Of a DNA stretch of 64,000 nucleotides, positions 28,532 to 38,715 are shown one piece after another; the stretch's first letter is position 1, and each line of letters opens with the position of its first letter. The stretch is from NCBI GenBank assembly GCA_965261975.1, contig CBDHEC010000003.1, forward strand, positions 32,001 through 96,000, read 5' to 3'. The stretch comes from Alphaproteobacteria bacterium (GTDB taxonomy: Bacteria > Pseudomonadota > Alphaproteobacteria > UBA6615). Under the pieces are notes generated by a model. It made no database searches, was not told the DNA's origin, and saw only the letters and a program-made list of their open reading frames with translations. A program made the translations under genes and the position numbers.

Positions 28532-29803
28532 ATGAGTGACGTCATCGACGCGCGCGCGCGGCGCAAGGTTATTGCGGCCGGTATCACCGGTAACGTCCTG
28601 GAGTGGTACGACTTCGCGGTCTACGGCTTCTACGCGCCGATCATCGGTCGGCTGTTCTTCCCGTCCGACGACCCGACCGTCTCGCTGATCGCGTCGTTCG
28701 GGGCCTTTGCCGCCGGTTTCATGATGCGCCCCATCGGCGGGTTCGTATTCGGCTATATCGGCGACAAGATCGGCCGCAAGCGCGCCCTCGTTCTCTCGGT
28801 CATGCTCATGGCGATCCCCACCGGGGTGATCGGCATTCTCCCGGACCATGCGACCATCGGCATCGCCGCAGCATTCCTGATGGTGGCGATGCGCATGCTT
28901 CAGGGCCTCTCGGTCGGCGGCGAATATACCGGCTCGATCGTTTACCTGGCCGAGCATTCCCCGGCCAAGCGCCGCGGTTTCTTCACCAGCTGGACGTTGT
29001 TCGGCGCGGTCGGCGGCATCCTGCTCGGCTCGGGCGTCAGCGCGGCGGTAAGCCACTTCCTCACCGCCGACCAGGTTGCCGATTGGGGCTGGCGTCTGCC
29101 GTTCCTGGCCGGGATTCTGGTCGGCGTCGTCGGCCTGATTATCCGCCGTCACCTACCGGACATGCCGGAAGACGATGCCGCCGACAAACCGGCCAACCCG
29201 GTCGTCGAGGCGCTGACGACCCAGTGGCGCGAGATGCTCAAGGTCATCGGCTTCAACATCATCAACGCCGTCGGCTTCTACATGATGTTCGTCTATGTGG
29301 TGACCTGGCTGGTCGACCAGGTGAAGGAGCCGCGCTCCGACGCGCTGGACATCAACACGATCTCGATGGCGGTCCTGCTGGTTCTGATCCCGATATTCGG
29401 CATCCTGTCCGACAAAATCGGTCGCAAACCGCTGCTGATGTTCGGTGCCGGCGGTATCGCCATCCTGGGCTATCCGCTCATCTGGCTGATGCACCATCCC
29501 GACTTCGAGATGATCCTCGCGGGCCAGCTGGGATTCGCGGTGTTGGTGGGTGCCTATTTCGGTGGCGCGCCGGCGACCCTGACGGAGATGTTCCCGCGCC
29601 GGGTCCGGGTGAGCGCGCTTTCGGTCGGCTACAATGTGGGCCTTGCGGTCTTCGGCGGCACGACGCCGCTCATCGCGACATGGCTGATCGCGCGATCGCA
29701 CAATGATTTGTCGATTGCCTGGTACCTGATCGCTTGCGCGGTGGTCTCGTTCCTGGTGGTGCTGACCATGAAGGAAACGGCCGGCAAGCCCTTGCCGGAT
29801 TAA
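28532..29803 (+). CDS. MFS transporter, MHS/ProP-like
   Basis: GNVLEWYDF, MRPIGGFVFGYIGDKIGRK, QGLSVGGEY, EMFP, GGTTP. Confidence 0.92.
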   Translation: MSDVIDARARRKVIAAGITGNVLEWYDFAVYGFYAPIIGRLFFPSDDPTVSLIASFGAFAAGFMMRPIGGFVFGYIGDKIGRKRALVLSVMLMAIPTGVIGILPDHATIGIAAAFLMVAMRMLQGLSVGGEYTGSIVYLAEHSPAKRRGFFTSWTLFGAVGGILLGSGVSAAVSHFLTADQVADWGWRLPFLAGILVGVVGLIIRRHLPDMPEDDAADKPANPVVEALTTQWREMLKVIGFNIINAVGFYMMFVYVVTWLVDQVKEPRSDALDINTISMAVLLVLIPIFGILSDKIGRKPLLMFGAGGIAILGYPLIWLMHHPDFEMILAGQLGFAVLVGAYFGGAPATLTEMFPRRVRVSALSVGYNVGLAVFGGTTPLIATWLIARSHNDLSIAWYLIACAVVSFLVVLTMKETAGKPLPD

Positions 29804-30927
29804 GCCGTCAGCTTCACAGGCTGGCGCTTGCGGCCCCAGGTCCCGGGGGCGGCGTCGAACACGCCGGGAATGGGTGTCCCGCAGGCGGCACAGGCCCCGC
29901 CGGAATTGCCCACGGGGGCCACGCGCCATTCGCTGAGTTCGTACCAGTCGCGGCCGATCGTGCGCGCCGCACATTTGGGGCAATAGGTGCTCTGGCGGCC
30001 CTTGTCGTGGACGTTGCCCGTGTAGACGTAGTTGACCCCGGCATCCAGCGCGATACGTCGTGCGCGGGCCAGGGTCTCGTGGGGCGTGGCGGGCGTGTCC
30101 ATCATCTTCCAGTCGGGATGGAAAGCCGAAAAATGCACCGGCACGTCGGGGCCGAGATTCTCGACGATCCATTTACTCATCGCCGCCAGTTCCGCCGGGT
30201 CGTCATTCTGGCCCGGGATGATCAGGTTGGTGATCTCCAGCCAGCAGTCGGTTTCGTGCTTGATATAGACCAGCGTGTCGAGCACATCGGCGAGTGAGGC
30301 GGTACAGAGCTCCTGGTAGAAGGCCTCCGTGAAGCCCTTCAGGTCAACATTGGCCGCGTCCATCTGTCGGAAGAACTCCTTGCGCGGCTCCGGCGAGATA
30401 TAGCCCGCCGTGACGGCCACCGTGCGCACCCCCACGTCGCGGCAGGCCTCGGCCACGTCGACGGCATATTCCAGAAAGATCACCGGGTCGTTGTAGGTGA
30501 AGGCGACCGAGCGGCAGCCATGCTCGGCCGCCGCTTTCGCGATCGCCTCGGGCATCGCCTGATCGGCCAGCGTGTCGAACTCCCGGCTCTTGGAGATATC
30601 CCAGTTCTGGCAGAACTTGCAGGTCAGGTTGCAGCCCGCCGTGCCGAAGCTGAGAACGGGCGTGCCCGGCAGGAAATGGTTGAGCGGCTTCTTCTCGATC
30701 GGATCGATGCAGTAGCCCGAGGACCGGCCATAGGTCGTGAGCACGATTCCGTCGTCCTGGCGGGCGCGCACGAAGCACAGGCCGCGCTGGCCCTCGTTCA
30801 GCTTGCACAAACGCGGGCACAGATCGCACTGGATGCGCCCGTCGTCGAGCGCCTGCCAGTATCGGCCGGGGAAATCGCCACGGGCACTTCCGGATTCCGG
30901 TATCTGCTGGTCAGTTCCATCGGCCAT
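29800..30927 (-). CDS. amrS: AmmeMemoRadiSam radical SAM enzyme
   Basis: CDLCPRLC, DPIEKKPLNHF, GCNLTCKFCQNW (CxxxCxxC), FTYNDP, NVDLKGF, HFSAFHP, YVYTGNV. Confidence 0.93.
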   Translation of the reverse strand: MADGTDQQIPESGSARGDFPGRYWQALDDGRIQCDLCPRLCKLNEGQRGLCFVRARQDDGIVLTTYGRSSGYCIDPIEKKPLNHFLPGTPVLSFGTAGCNLTCKFCQNWDISKSREFDTLADQAMPEAIAKAAAEHGCRSVAFTYNDPVIFLEYAVDVAEACRDVGVRTVAVTAGYISPEPRKEFFRQMDAANVDLKGFTEAFYQELCTASLADVLDTLVYIKHETDCWLEITNLIIPGQNDDPAELAAMSKWIVENLGPDVPVHFSAFHPDWKMMDTPATPHETLARARRIALDAGVNYVYTGNVHDKGRQSTYCPKCAARTIGRDWYELSEWRVAPVGNSGGACAACGTPIPGVFDAAPGTWGRKRQPVKLTA

Positions 30928-31043
30928 CGCGGGCGAAGAATAACAGAGTATTTGCCCCGGGGGGCTTGGTCTGGGCGGATCAAGTCGCATATCATTCCGG
31001 GCAACAACGTTCCGACATTTTTCAGACATGCAAAGGACGTCCC

Positions 31044-33377
31044 ATGGGCCAATTCGGCATCGGTCAATCGGTCACGCGCATCGAAGATCTCCGCCTGCTG
31101 ACCGGCGGCGGCACCTATACCGACGATGTGCAGCTCGAGGGCGAGAGTCACGCCTTCATCCTTCGCTCGCCCCACGCCCACGCGGCGATCAAGGATATCG
31201 ACACGGGCGCGGCCAAGGCCGCGCCGGGCGTGCTGGCCGTGCTGACCGGCGCGGACATCGCGGCCGACGAGATCAAGCCCCTGCCCAACATGTTCCCGGT
31301 GGAAAGCCTGGACGGCACCGAGCGGCCCGAGACCTATCGCCCGCTGCTGGCCCAGGAGCGCGTCCGCTATGTGGGCGACCCGGTCGCCCTGGTGGTCGCC
31401 GACACGCTGGCGCAGGCCCGCGACGCGGCCGAGCTCATCGAGGTCGACTACGACGTGCTGGCGTCGGTCACCGACACCTACAAGGCAGCCCAGCCGGGCG
31501 CGCCGCTGGTCCACGATCACATCGAGGGAAATCTCAGCTTCGACTGGGGCAAGGGCGACAAGGATGCGACCGAGGCCGCCTTCGCCAAGGCCGACCATGT
31601 GACGGTGCTCGACCTGGTGAACAACCGGGTGGTGGTGAACCCGATGGAGCCGCGCGCGGCCATCGGCGCCTATGACGCCGGGGAGGACCGCTACACCCTC
31701 TACACCCCGACCCAAGGTACCCATGTTCTGCGCGGTGCCGTGTCCGCAATTCTGGGGATCGAGGGCGAGCAGCTGCGCGTGATCACCGGCGATGTGGGCG
31801 GCGGCTTCGGCATGAAGATTTTCCCCCACCCCGAACAGCCCATGGTCGTGTGGGCGGCAAAGAAGGTCGGCCGGCCGGTCCGCTGGACCAGCGACCGCTC
31901 CGAGGGCTTCGTCTCCGACATTCAGGGCCGCGATCACGTGACCCGCGCCGAGGTGGCGACCGACAAGGACGGCAAGTTCCTGGCGCTCCGCGTCACGACC
32001 TGGGCCGCGCTCGGTTCATACCTGTCCCACTTCGGAACCTACATCCCCACCGAGGCCGGCACCGGCATGCTGAACGGTCTCTACGCCTTCCCCGCTGCCT
32101 GGGCGAATGTGAAGGGGGTGATGACCAACACCGTACCGACGGACGCCTATCGGGGCGCGGGCCGGCCCGAGGCGATCTACTGCGTCGAGCGACTGGTCGA
32201 CAAATGTGCCCGCGAGCTGGGCCTCTCGCCCGACGAGATCCGGCGCCGCAACTTCATCGCACCCGACCAGCTGCCGTTCACCACGGTGCTCGGCGACGCG
32301 TATGACAGCGGCGAATTCACCGCGATCATGGAAGACGGCATGACCAAGGCCGACTGGGACGGATTCGCGGCGCGCAAGGCGGAAAGCGCCGCGCGCGGCA
32401 AGCTGCGGGGCATCGGCATGTCGACCTATGTCGAGAAGTGCGGCGGCGGCAATCCCGAGGAGGCCGACGTCCGGATCGACCCCGACAGCGAGACGATCAC
32501 CTTCTACATCGGCACCATGTCCAACGGGCAGGGCCACGACACCTCCTACAAGCAGATCATGTCGGACCGGCTGGGTATCGACACCGACCATATGGTCATG
32601 GTCCAGGGCGACAGCGACGTGGTGCCCCCGGGGCTGACCGGCGGCTCGCGCTCGGTCACGGTCGGCGGCGTCGCGGTCGCCAAGGCCTCGGAAGCGATCA
32701 TCGAGAAGGGCCGCCAGGTGGCCGCCAACGTAATGGAGGCCGCGGACGCGGACATCGAGTATGCCGACGGCAGCTTCCGAATTGCGGGCACCGACCGGGC
32801 GATGAGCCTGTTCGAGGTGGCCAAGGCCGCCCACGACCGGGCGAACCTGCCCGAAGACGAGGAACCGGGCCTGGACACCAAGGCGAGCCAGGCGCCCGAG
32901 GCTGCGACCTACCCCAACGGTTGTCATATCTGTGAGGTCGAGGTGGACCCGGAGACCGGCCAGGTCGAAATCACACGCTACACCGCGGTCGACGACTTCG
33001 GCGACGCGATCAACCCGCTGCTGATTGCCGGTCAGGTCCATGGCGGCGTGGTCCAGGGGGTCGGTCAGGCGCTGCAGGAACACACGGTCTATGACGATGA
33101 ATCCGGCCAGCTCGTCTCCGGCTCGTTCATGGACTACCAGCTGCCGCGCGCAGACGACCTGCCGTTCTTCGAGTTCTCGATGCGTAACACGCGCTGCGTG
33201 ACCAATCCGCTGGGTATCAAGGGCACCGGCGAAGCCGGCGCGATCGCGGCCTGTCCGGCCGTGATCAACGCCCTGGTCGACGCATTTTCGGAAGATGGCC
33301 GACCCGTCGAAATCGACATGCCGGCAACACCCGATGTCATCTGGGCGCTCGCCAACAGGCCATTGGCTGCCGAATAA
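31044..33377 (+). CDS. Xanthine dehydrogenase family molybdopterin-binding subunit (CoxL/CutL-like), second copy
   Basis: RIEDLRLLTG, DVGGGFGMK, AYRGAGRPEA, NGQGH, GQVHGGVVQG, GIKGTGEAG. Confidence 0.93.
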   Translation: MGQFGIGQSVTRIEDLRLLTGGGTYTDDVQLEGESHAFILRSPHAHAAIKDIDTGAAKAAPGVLAVLTGADIAADEIKPLPNMFPVESLDGTERPETYRPLLAQERVRYVGDPVALVVADTLAQARDAAELIEVDYDVLASVTDTYKAAQPGAPLVHDHIEGNLSFDWGKGDKDATEAAFAKADHVTVLDLVNNRVVVNPMEPRAAIGAYDAGEDRYTLYTPTQGTHVLRGAVSAILGIEGEQLRVITGDVGGGFGMKIFPHPEQPMVVWAAKKVGRPVRWTSDRSEGFVSDIQGRDHVTRAEVATDKDGKFLALRVTTWAALGSYLSHFGTYIPTEAGTGMLNGLYAFPAAWANVKGVMTNTVPTDAYRGAGRPEAIYCVERLVDKCARELGLSPDEIRRRNFIAPDQLPFTTVLGDAYDSGEFTAIMEDGMTKADWDGFAARKAESAARGKLRGIGMSTYVEKCGGGNPEEADVRIDPDSETITFYIGTMSNGQGHDTSYKQIMSDRLGIDTDHMVMVQGDSDVVPPGLTGGSRSVTVGGVAVAKASEAIIEKGRQVAANVMEAADADIEYADGSFRIAGTDRAMSLFEVAKAAHDRANLPEDEEPGLDTKASQAPEAATYPNGCHICEVEVDPETGQVEITRYTAVDDFGDAINPLLIAGQVHGGVVQGVGQALQEHTVYDDESGQLVSGSFMDYQLPRADDLPFFEFSMRNTRCVTNPLGIKGTGEAGAIAACPAVINALVDAFSEDGRPVEIDMPATPDVIWALANRPLAAE

Positions 33378-33401
33378 CACCGAACACCGGAAAGACAGAT
33401 C

Positions 33402-34175
33402 ATGACAATTGACCCGGCGGCCCTGATCCCGGCGGTTCGCGACCTCGCCTACGCCGCGGGAGAGGCGATCCTCGATATCTATGGCACTGATTTCGACAGC
33501 ACCCGCAAGGATGACGGCTCTCCCCTGACTCTGGCGGACACCGCTTCGGAAAGCGTGATCGTGCCAGGATTGCGCGCGCTGACTCCCGAGATTCCTGTGA
33601 TTTCCGAAGAAGAGCACGCAAATGGCGAGAGCCCGACCGATATCGGCGATCGCTTTTGGCTGGTCGACCCGCTGGACGGAACGCGGGAATTCCTCAAGCG
33701 CAATGACGAGTTCACGGTCAATATCGGCCTGGTGGACGCCGGCGTACCCCGGGTCGGCATCCTCTACGCCCCTGCCCTCGACCTGATGTACGCGGGGGCG
33801 ACGGGCGAAGGGGCGACCCTCATCGAAGAGCGCGGCGACGAACGTGCCATCGCGTGTCGCGCCATTCCCGACGAAGGCATGGATGTACTGGTCAGCCGGT
33901 CGCATGCGGTCAACGATCGCCTGGAGGAATATCTGGCCGATATGGATGTTCGCAACCGGGTCCCCCAGGGCAGTGCTCTGAAATTCGGCCGCCTGGCCGC
34001 GGGTGAGGCCGACATCTACCCGCGCTTCGGCCCGACCTGCGAATGGGACACGGGCGCAGGGCATGCCATCGTCCTTGCCGCCGGTGGATCGCTCGAAACG
34101 TTTGATGGCACCCCCCTGGCCTACAGCAAGCCCAAATACCTCAATCCGGGCTTCGTGGCGTTCGGCCGCCGCTAG
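33402..34175 (+). CDS. cysQ: 3'(2'),5'-bisphosphate nucleotidase
   Basis: KDDGSPLTLAD, WLVDPLDGTREF, EFTVNI, SRSH, EWDTGAG. Confidence 0.93.
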   Translation: MTIDPAALIPAVRDLAYAAGEAILDIYGTDFDSTRKDDGSPLTLADTASESVIVPGLRALTPEIPVISEEEHANGESPTDIGDRFWLVDPLDGTREFLKRNDEFTVNIGLVDAGVPRVGILYAPALDLMYAGATGEGATLIEERGDERAIACRAIPDEGMDVLVSRSHAVNDRLEEYLADMDVRNRVPQGSALKFGRLAAGEADIYPRFGPTCEWDTGAGHAIVLAAGGSLETFDGTPLAYSKPKYLNPGFVAFGRR

Positions 34176-34187
34176 GCGATCGTTGTC

Positions 34188-35153
34188 GTGGCCCCTATCG
34201 AAACGGCAAGCGACGATGCGCTGGCCAACGCATCAAGCATTCTGCGGCGGGGCGGCCTGGTCGCGTTCCCGACCGAGACCGTCTACGGGCTCGGTGCGGA
34301 TGCGCGCAACGATGACGCGGTCGCGCGCATTTTTGCCGCCAAGGAACGGCCCAGTTTCAACCCGCTGATCGTGCATGTCGCGGATCTGGCCGCGGCAGAG
34401 GCGCTGGGCGATTTCGACGATCACGCCCGCGCTCTGGCGGATGAATTCTGGCCCGGCCCCCTCAGTCTCGTTCTGCCGCGGCGCGCGGACTCCGGCCTGT
34501 CGCTGCTGGTCAGCGCCGGCCTCGATACCGTGGCGCTGCGCGCACCCGCCCATCCGCTTTCCCGGAGATTGCTGACGCTTTTCGACGGCCCCATCGCCGC
34601 GCCGAGCGCCAATCATGCGGGCGAAGTGAGCCCCACGACGGCGGCCCATGTACACGACTCTCTCGGCGACGCCGCCGACCTGATCGTCGATGGCGGGGCC
34701 TGCTCGGTCGGGCTTGAATCGACCGTGGTCGACCTGTGCGGCGCGCGTCCCGCGATCCTGCGCCATGGCGCGGTCACCCGCGAGCAACTCGAGGCCTTTC
34801 TCGGCACCATCGACGACGCCAGCGTCCCCGAAACGGGCGCCGCGCCGCGCTCACCGGGGCAGATCGCCAGACATTACGCGCCCAGGATACCCATACGGAT
34901 CAATGTGACGGACCCGCGACCCGACGAGGCATTTGCCGCATTCGGGACGCCCGGCACGCACGAGGTCGCGGCCATGCTCAATCTCAGCCCGTCCGGCGAC
35001 CCGGTAGAGGCTGCGGCCCGGCTTTTTGCAACCCTGCGTGAACTCGACAGGCCGGAATATGCCGGCATCGCCGTGGCACCGGTGCCGGATAGCGCCATCG
35101 GACGGGCGATCAACGACCGGTTACGGCGCGCGGTTGCCGCGCATACCCGGTGA
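34188..35153 (+). CDS. tsaC: L-threonylcarbamoyladenylate synthase (Sua5-type)
   Basis: VAFPTETVYGLG, KERPSFNPLIVH, APSAN, GLESTV, HYAP plus a SUA5 C-terminal domain. Confidence 0.95.
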   Translation: MAPIETASDDALANASSILRRGGLVAFPTETVYGLGADARNDDAVARIFAAKERPSFNPLIVHVADLAAAEALGDFDDHARALADEFWPGPLSLVLPRRADSGLSLLVSAGLDTVALRAPAHPLSRRLLTLFDGPIAAPSANHAGEVSPTTAAHVHDSLGDAADLIVDGGACSVGLESTVVDLCGARPAILRHGAVTREQLEAFLGTIDDASVPETGAAPRSPGQIARHYAPRIPIRINVTDPRPDEAFAAFGTPGTHEVAAMLNLSPSGDPVEAAARLFATLRELDRPEYAGIAVAPVPDSAIGRAINDRLRRAVAAHTR

Positions 35154-35208
35154 GACATAGCCACAGCGCGTATTGCCCCCATCAAACGGGAGCGTTACAT
35201 CAATGGGC

Positions 35209-36642
35209 ATGAACAAGCTCACCCCCGCACAGCCGAACGGGCTGCCCGAGAGCCTGCTGGCGCGGCTAGCCGAAATTGTCGGTGATGCCGGGCTGGTGAC
35301 CGATGTCTCGGATATGGAACCCTACATCGCCGAACAACGCGGCCTTTTCCGCGGCGAGACCCCCTGCGTTGTGCGACCGGCGTCGACAATCGAGGTCTCT
35401 CAGGTCGTCGCGGCCTGCCACGAAGTGAACATCCCGATCGTCCCCCAGGGGGGCAATACCGGCCTGTGCGGCGGCGCGGTCGCCTCGGGCGAAGTCATCC
35501 TCAGTCTCGCGCGCATGAACAATGTCCGCGAGATCGACCCGGTGAACTTCACCATGACCGTGGATTCGGGCTGCGTGCTGGCGAGCCTGCAGGACGCCGC
35601 CGAGGAACATGACCGGCTGTTCCCGCTCAGCCTCGGCGCCGAGGGGTCGTGCCAGATCGGCGGCAACCTCTCGACGAATGCCGGCGGCACGGCCGTGATC
35701 CGTTACGGCAACACCCGCGAACTTACCCTCGGCCTCGAGGTGGTCCTGCCCGACGGCCAGATTTGGGACGGACTGACCGGCCTGCGCAAGAACAATACCG
35801 GCTACGACCTGAAGCATCTGTTCATCGGCGCCGAGGGCACGCTGGGGATCATTACCGGCGCGGTCGTGAAACTGTTCCCGCGGCCGCGGGTGCGCAGCAC
35901 GGCCTTCATCGCACTCCGCGAGCTCGAGGACGTGCTCGAGGTACTCGGACGGGCCCGCAAGGCGAGCGGCGACACGGTTTCGGGCTTCGAGCTCATCCCC
36001 CGCATCTGCATCGACATCTCGATCCGCCACACCGAGGGGACATTCGAGTTCCTCGAGGGCAGGCATGAATGGTATGCGCTGATCGAGTTCGAGAGCAGCG
36101 AGGAAAGCCTGGACCTCGGCGCCGCGATGGAGGGTTTCCTGGCCGCCGCCTATGAAGACGGGCTGGTGGTCGACGCCACCATCGCCCAGTCGGATGCCCA
36201 GCGCGAACAGTTCTGGTTCCTGCGCGAGGCCATGGTCCTGTCCCAGAAGCCCGAGGGTGCGAGCATCAAGAACGACGTCTCGGTGCCCATCTCGAAGGTG
36301 CCGCAATTCATTCGCGAGGCCGACGCCGCCGTCACCGAGATGTATCCGGGGATACGCCCGCTGGCCTTCGGCCATGTGGGCGACGGCAACGTGCACTACA
36401 ATCTGTCGCAACCGGTGGATGGCGACCCGCAGGAATTTCTCGACCGCTGGGACGAGATCACCGGCCGGGTGGCTGACATCGCCCTGTCCATGCGCGGCAG
36501 CTTTTCCGCCGAGCATGGTATCGGCAAGCTCAAGGTTCACGACCTCGCCGAACGTAAGCCGGCCGTGGAACTGGACATGATGCGCATGATCAAGAAAACG
36601 CTCGACCCCAAGGGCCTGATGAACCCCGGAAAGGTCCTGTAA
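35209..36642 (+). CDS. FAD-binding oxidoreductase (D-2-hydroxyacid dehydrogenase type)
   Basis: VPQGGNTG, IGGNLSTNAGG, GYDLKHLFIGAEGTLG, GHVGDGNVH, SAEHGIG, LMNPGKV. Confidence 0.92.
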   Translation: MNKLTPAQPNGLPESLLARLAEIVGDAGLVTDVSDMEPYIAEQRGLFRGETPCVVRPASTIEVSQVVAACHEVNIPIVPQGGNTGLCGGAVASGEVILSLARMNNVREIDPVNFTMTVDSGCVLASLQDAAEEHDRLFPLSLGAEGSCQIGGNLSTNAGGTAVIRYGNTRELTLGLEVVLPDGQIWDGLTGLRKNNTGYDLKHLFIGAEGTLGIITGAVVKLFPRPRVRSTAFIALRELEDVLEVLGRARKASGDTVSGFELIPRICIDISIRHTEGTFEFLEGRHEWYALIEFESSEESLDLGAAMEGFLAAAYEDGLVVDATIAQSDAQREQFWFLREAMVLSQKPEGASIKNDVSVPISKVPQFIREADAAVTEMYPGIRPLAFGHVGDGNVHYNLSQPVDGDPQEFLDRWDEITGRVADIALSMRGSFSAEHGIGKLKVHDLAERKPAVELDMMRMIKKTLDPKGLMNPGKVL

Positions 36643-36669
36643 GGGCCACACGACAGAACAGGAGAGGTT

Positions 36670-38448
36670 ATGTCCGACTACAACGCGCCCGTGCAGGACA
36701 TGCAGTTCATTCTAGAAAATCTGTGCGACATGGACGGATTGCGCACTCTCCCGGCGTTCGCCGAAACAACCAGCGACCTTGTCGAGCAAATCCTCAACGA
36801 GTCCGCACGATTTACCGGCGAAGTGGTCGCCCCCCTGAACCAGTCCGGCGACCAGCAGACATCGACCCTTTCGGGCAGCGATGTGACGACCCCCGACGGT
36901 TTCAAGGAAGCCTATCAGGCCTTCGTCGAGGGCGGCTGGAACGGCACGCCGTTCGAGCCCGAGCATGGCGGCATGGGCCTGCCCTGGACCATCACCACGG
37001 CGCTGCAGGAGATGTGGCAGTCGTCGAACCTCGCCTGGTCCCTGTGTCCTTTGCTGACCATCGGCGCGATCGAGTCCGTGATCGCCCACGGCGCGCCGGA
37101 ACTGAAAGAAAAATTCCTCGAGAAACTCGTGTCCGGCGAATGGACCGGCACGATGAACCTAACCGAACCCCAGGCCGGCACCGACCTCAGCCTGCTCAAG
37201 TCGCGTGCCGAACGCGAGGATGACCATTACCGGATCAAGGGCACAAAGATCTTCATCACCTATGGCGATCAGGACTTTACCGACAACATCATCCATCTCG
37301 TGCTGGCCCGCCTGCCCGATGCACCACCGGGCGTGAAGGGCATCAGCCTCTTCCTGGTACCCAAGTTCCTGGTCAACGAGGACGGCACACTGGGCGAACG
37401 CAACGACGCACATGTCGTGAGCCTCGAACACAAGCTGGGCATCCATGCGAGCCCGACCTGCGTCATGGCCTATGGCGAGAACGGCGACGGCGCGGTCGGA
37501 TACCTGATCGGCGAGGAACATGACGGCCTGCGCTGCATGTTCACGATGATGAACAATGCGCGCCTGAATGTCGGCCTTCAGGGGGTGGCCGTCGCGGAGC
37601 GCGCCTATCAGCACGCCGTGACCTATGCCCGCGAGCGGGTACAGTCGGCGCCGGTCGAGAGTGGCGGCGAATCCGTGACCATCATCCAGCACCCGGACGT
37701 GCGGCGCATGCTGATGTCCATGCGATCCCAGACCGAAGCCATGCGGGCGTTGGCCTATTACACGAATTCCGCGCTTGACCGTTCACGCCATCACGAGGAC
37801 CCCGAGACGCGCGGCTACAACCAGCGGCGGACCGATTTGCTGACCCCGGTGGTCAAGGCCTGGTGTACCGACCTCGGCGTCGATATCGCCTCCACCGGCG
37901 TGCAGGTGCATGGCGGCATGGGCTTCATCGAGGAAACGGGCGCGGCGCAGTATTTCCGCGATTCACGCATCGCCCCGATCTACGAAGGCACCAATGGCAT
38001 CCAGGCCATCGACCTTCTGGGGCGCAAACTGATGCGCGACGGCGGGGCGGCAATGGAGGAACTCCTCGACGAAATCGACGATCTTCCGGATTCGGAGGAC
38101 CCGGAAATCGCAGCCATGATCGCCGAACAGAAGAACGCCAACCGGGCGCTACGACATGCCACGGAATGGATGCTCGACCCCGCCAATAACGACGTGAACC
38201 GAAAGTTCGCCGGCGCTCATGCCTTCCTGCATCTGGCCGGCACCGTCGTCGGCGGCTGGCTGATGACCCGCGCCGCCCTGGCCGCTGCAAACGGGGCCGC
38301 AGGCGGCGCCAGTCCGGAATTCCTGGATTCCAAACGGATCACGGCGCGCTTCTATGCGGATCACATCCTGCCGCGCGGGAACATGCACCTTGAAACCATC
38401 ACCAACGGCGGAGACTCGGTGATGGCGCTGGCGGAAGACGCCTTTTAG
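36670..38448 (+). CDS. Acyl-CoA dehydrogenase (DmdC-like long type)
   Basis: GTMNLTEPQAGTDL, GTKIFITYG, EHKLGIHASPTC, QVHGGMGFIEE, IYEGTNGIQA. Confidence 0.93.
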   Translation: MSDYNAPVQDMQFILENLCDMDGLRTLPAFAETTSDLVEQILNESARFTGEVVAPLNQSGDQQTSTLSGSDVTTPDGFKEAYQAFVEGGWNGTPFEPEHGGMGLPWTITTALQEMWQSSNLAWSLCPLLTIGAIESVIAHGAPELKEKFLEKLVSGEWTGTMNLTEPQAGTDLSLLKSRAEREDDHYRIKGTKIFITYGDQDFTDNIIHLVLARLPDAPPGVKGISLFLVPKFLVNEDGTLGERNDAHVVSLEHKLGIHASPTCVMAYGENGDGAVGYLIGEEHDGLRCMFTMMNNARLNVGLQGVAVAERAYQHAVTYARERVQSAPVESGGESVTIIQHPDVRRMLMSMRSQTEAMRALAYYTNSALDRSRHHEDPETRGYNQRRTDLLTPVVKAWCTDLGVDIASTGVQVHGGMGFIEETGAAQYFRDSRIAPIYEGTNGIQAIDLLGRKLMRDGGAAMEELLDEIDDLPDSEDPEIAAMIAEQKNANRALRHATEWMLDPANNDVNRKFAGAHAFLHLAGTVVGGWLMTRAALAAANGAAGGASPEFLDSKRITARFYADHILPRGNMHLETITNGGDSVMALAEDAF

Positions 38449-38550
38449 AGAAAAAAAGTCTCGCCCTGTGACAGTCGTCACATCGCCGCATCGCGTCCCC
38501 GGATAGATTGACCTCATTGCTCCCTTACCCAGGAAGCAAGCCTCCCCTCA

Positions 38551-38690
38551 GGGGCGGTGGTCCGGCCAAGTCGGACCACCGCCCCACCCCCAATTTCCCT
38601 ACATCGTCGCGACCCGATAGGCTGCCTGTCAGGCGGTGCGTTTTGGTGGTTGCACGACCCGAGAATTTCAATAAAAAGCACCGGCCCGAC
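38551..38690 (+). promoter_or_regulatory. Structured 5' leader upstream of speD
   Basis: Perfect 14-bp stem 38551-38564/38572-38585, plus a second imperfect helix 38628-38644/38674-38690 just before the AGGAG RBS. Confidence 0.45.
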
Positions 38691-38715
38691 AATCGCCTGC
38701 AGGAGTTCCAATGGC

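Noticed and set aside
29800-30927. AmrS radical SAM as the maturase of the peptide array
   Set aside because: It is 23 kb away, is a typical AmmeMemoRadiSam enzyme with its own partners, and shows no evident RRE, SPASM or B12 domain.
14785-33377. Aerobic CO dehydrogenase
   Set aside because: Neither large subunit has the form I AYxCSFR motif, and coxS, coxM and accessory genes are not adjacent.
36670-38448. Specific dmdC (DMSP catabolism) assignment
   Set aside because: Family-level similarity only, and no dmdA, dmdB or dmdD in the window.
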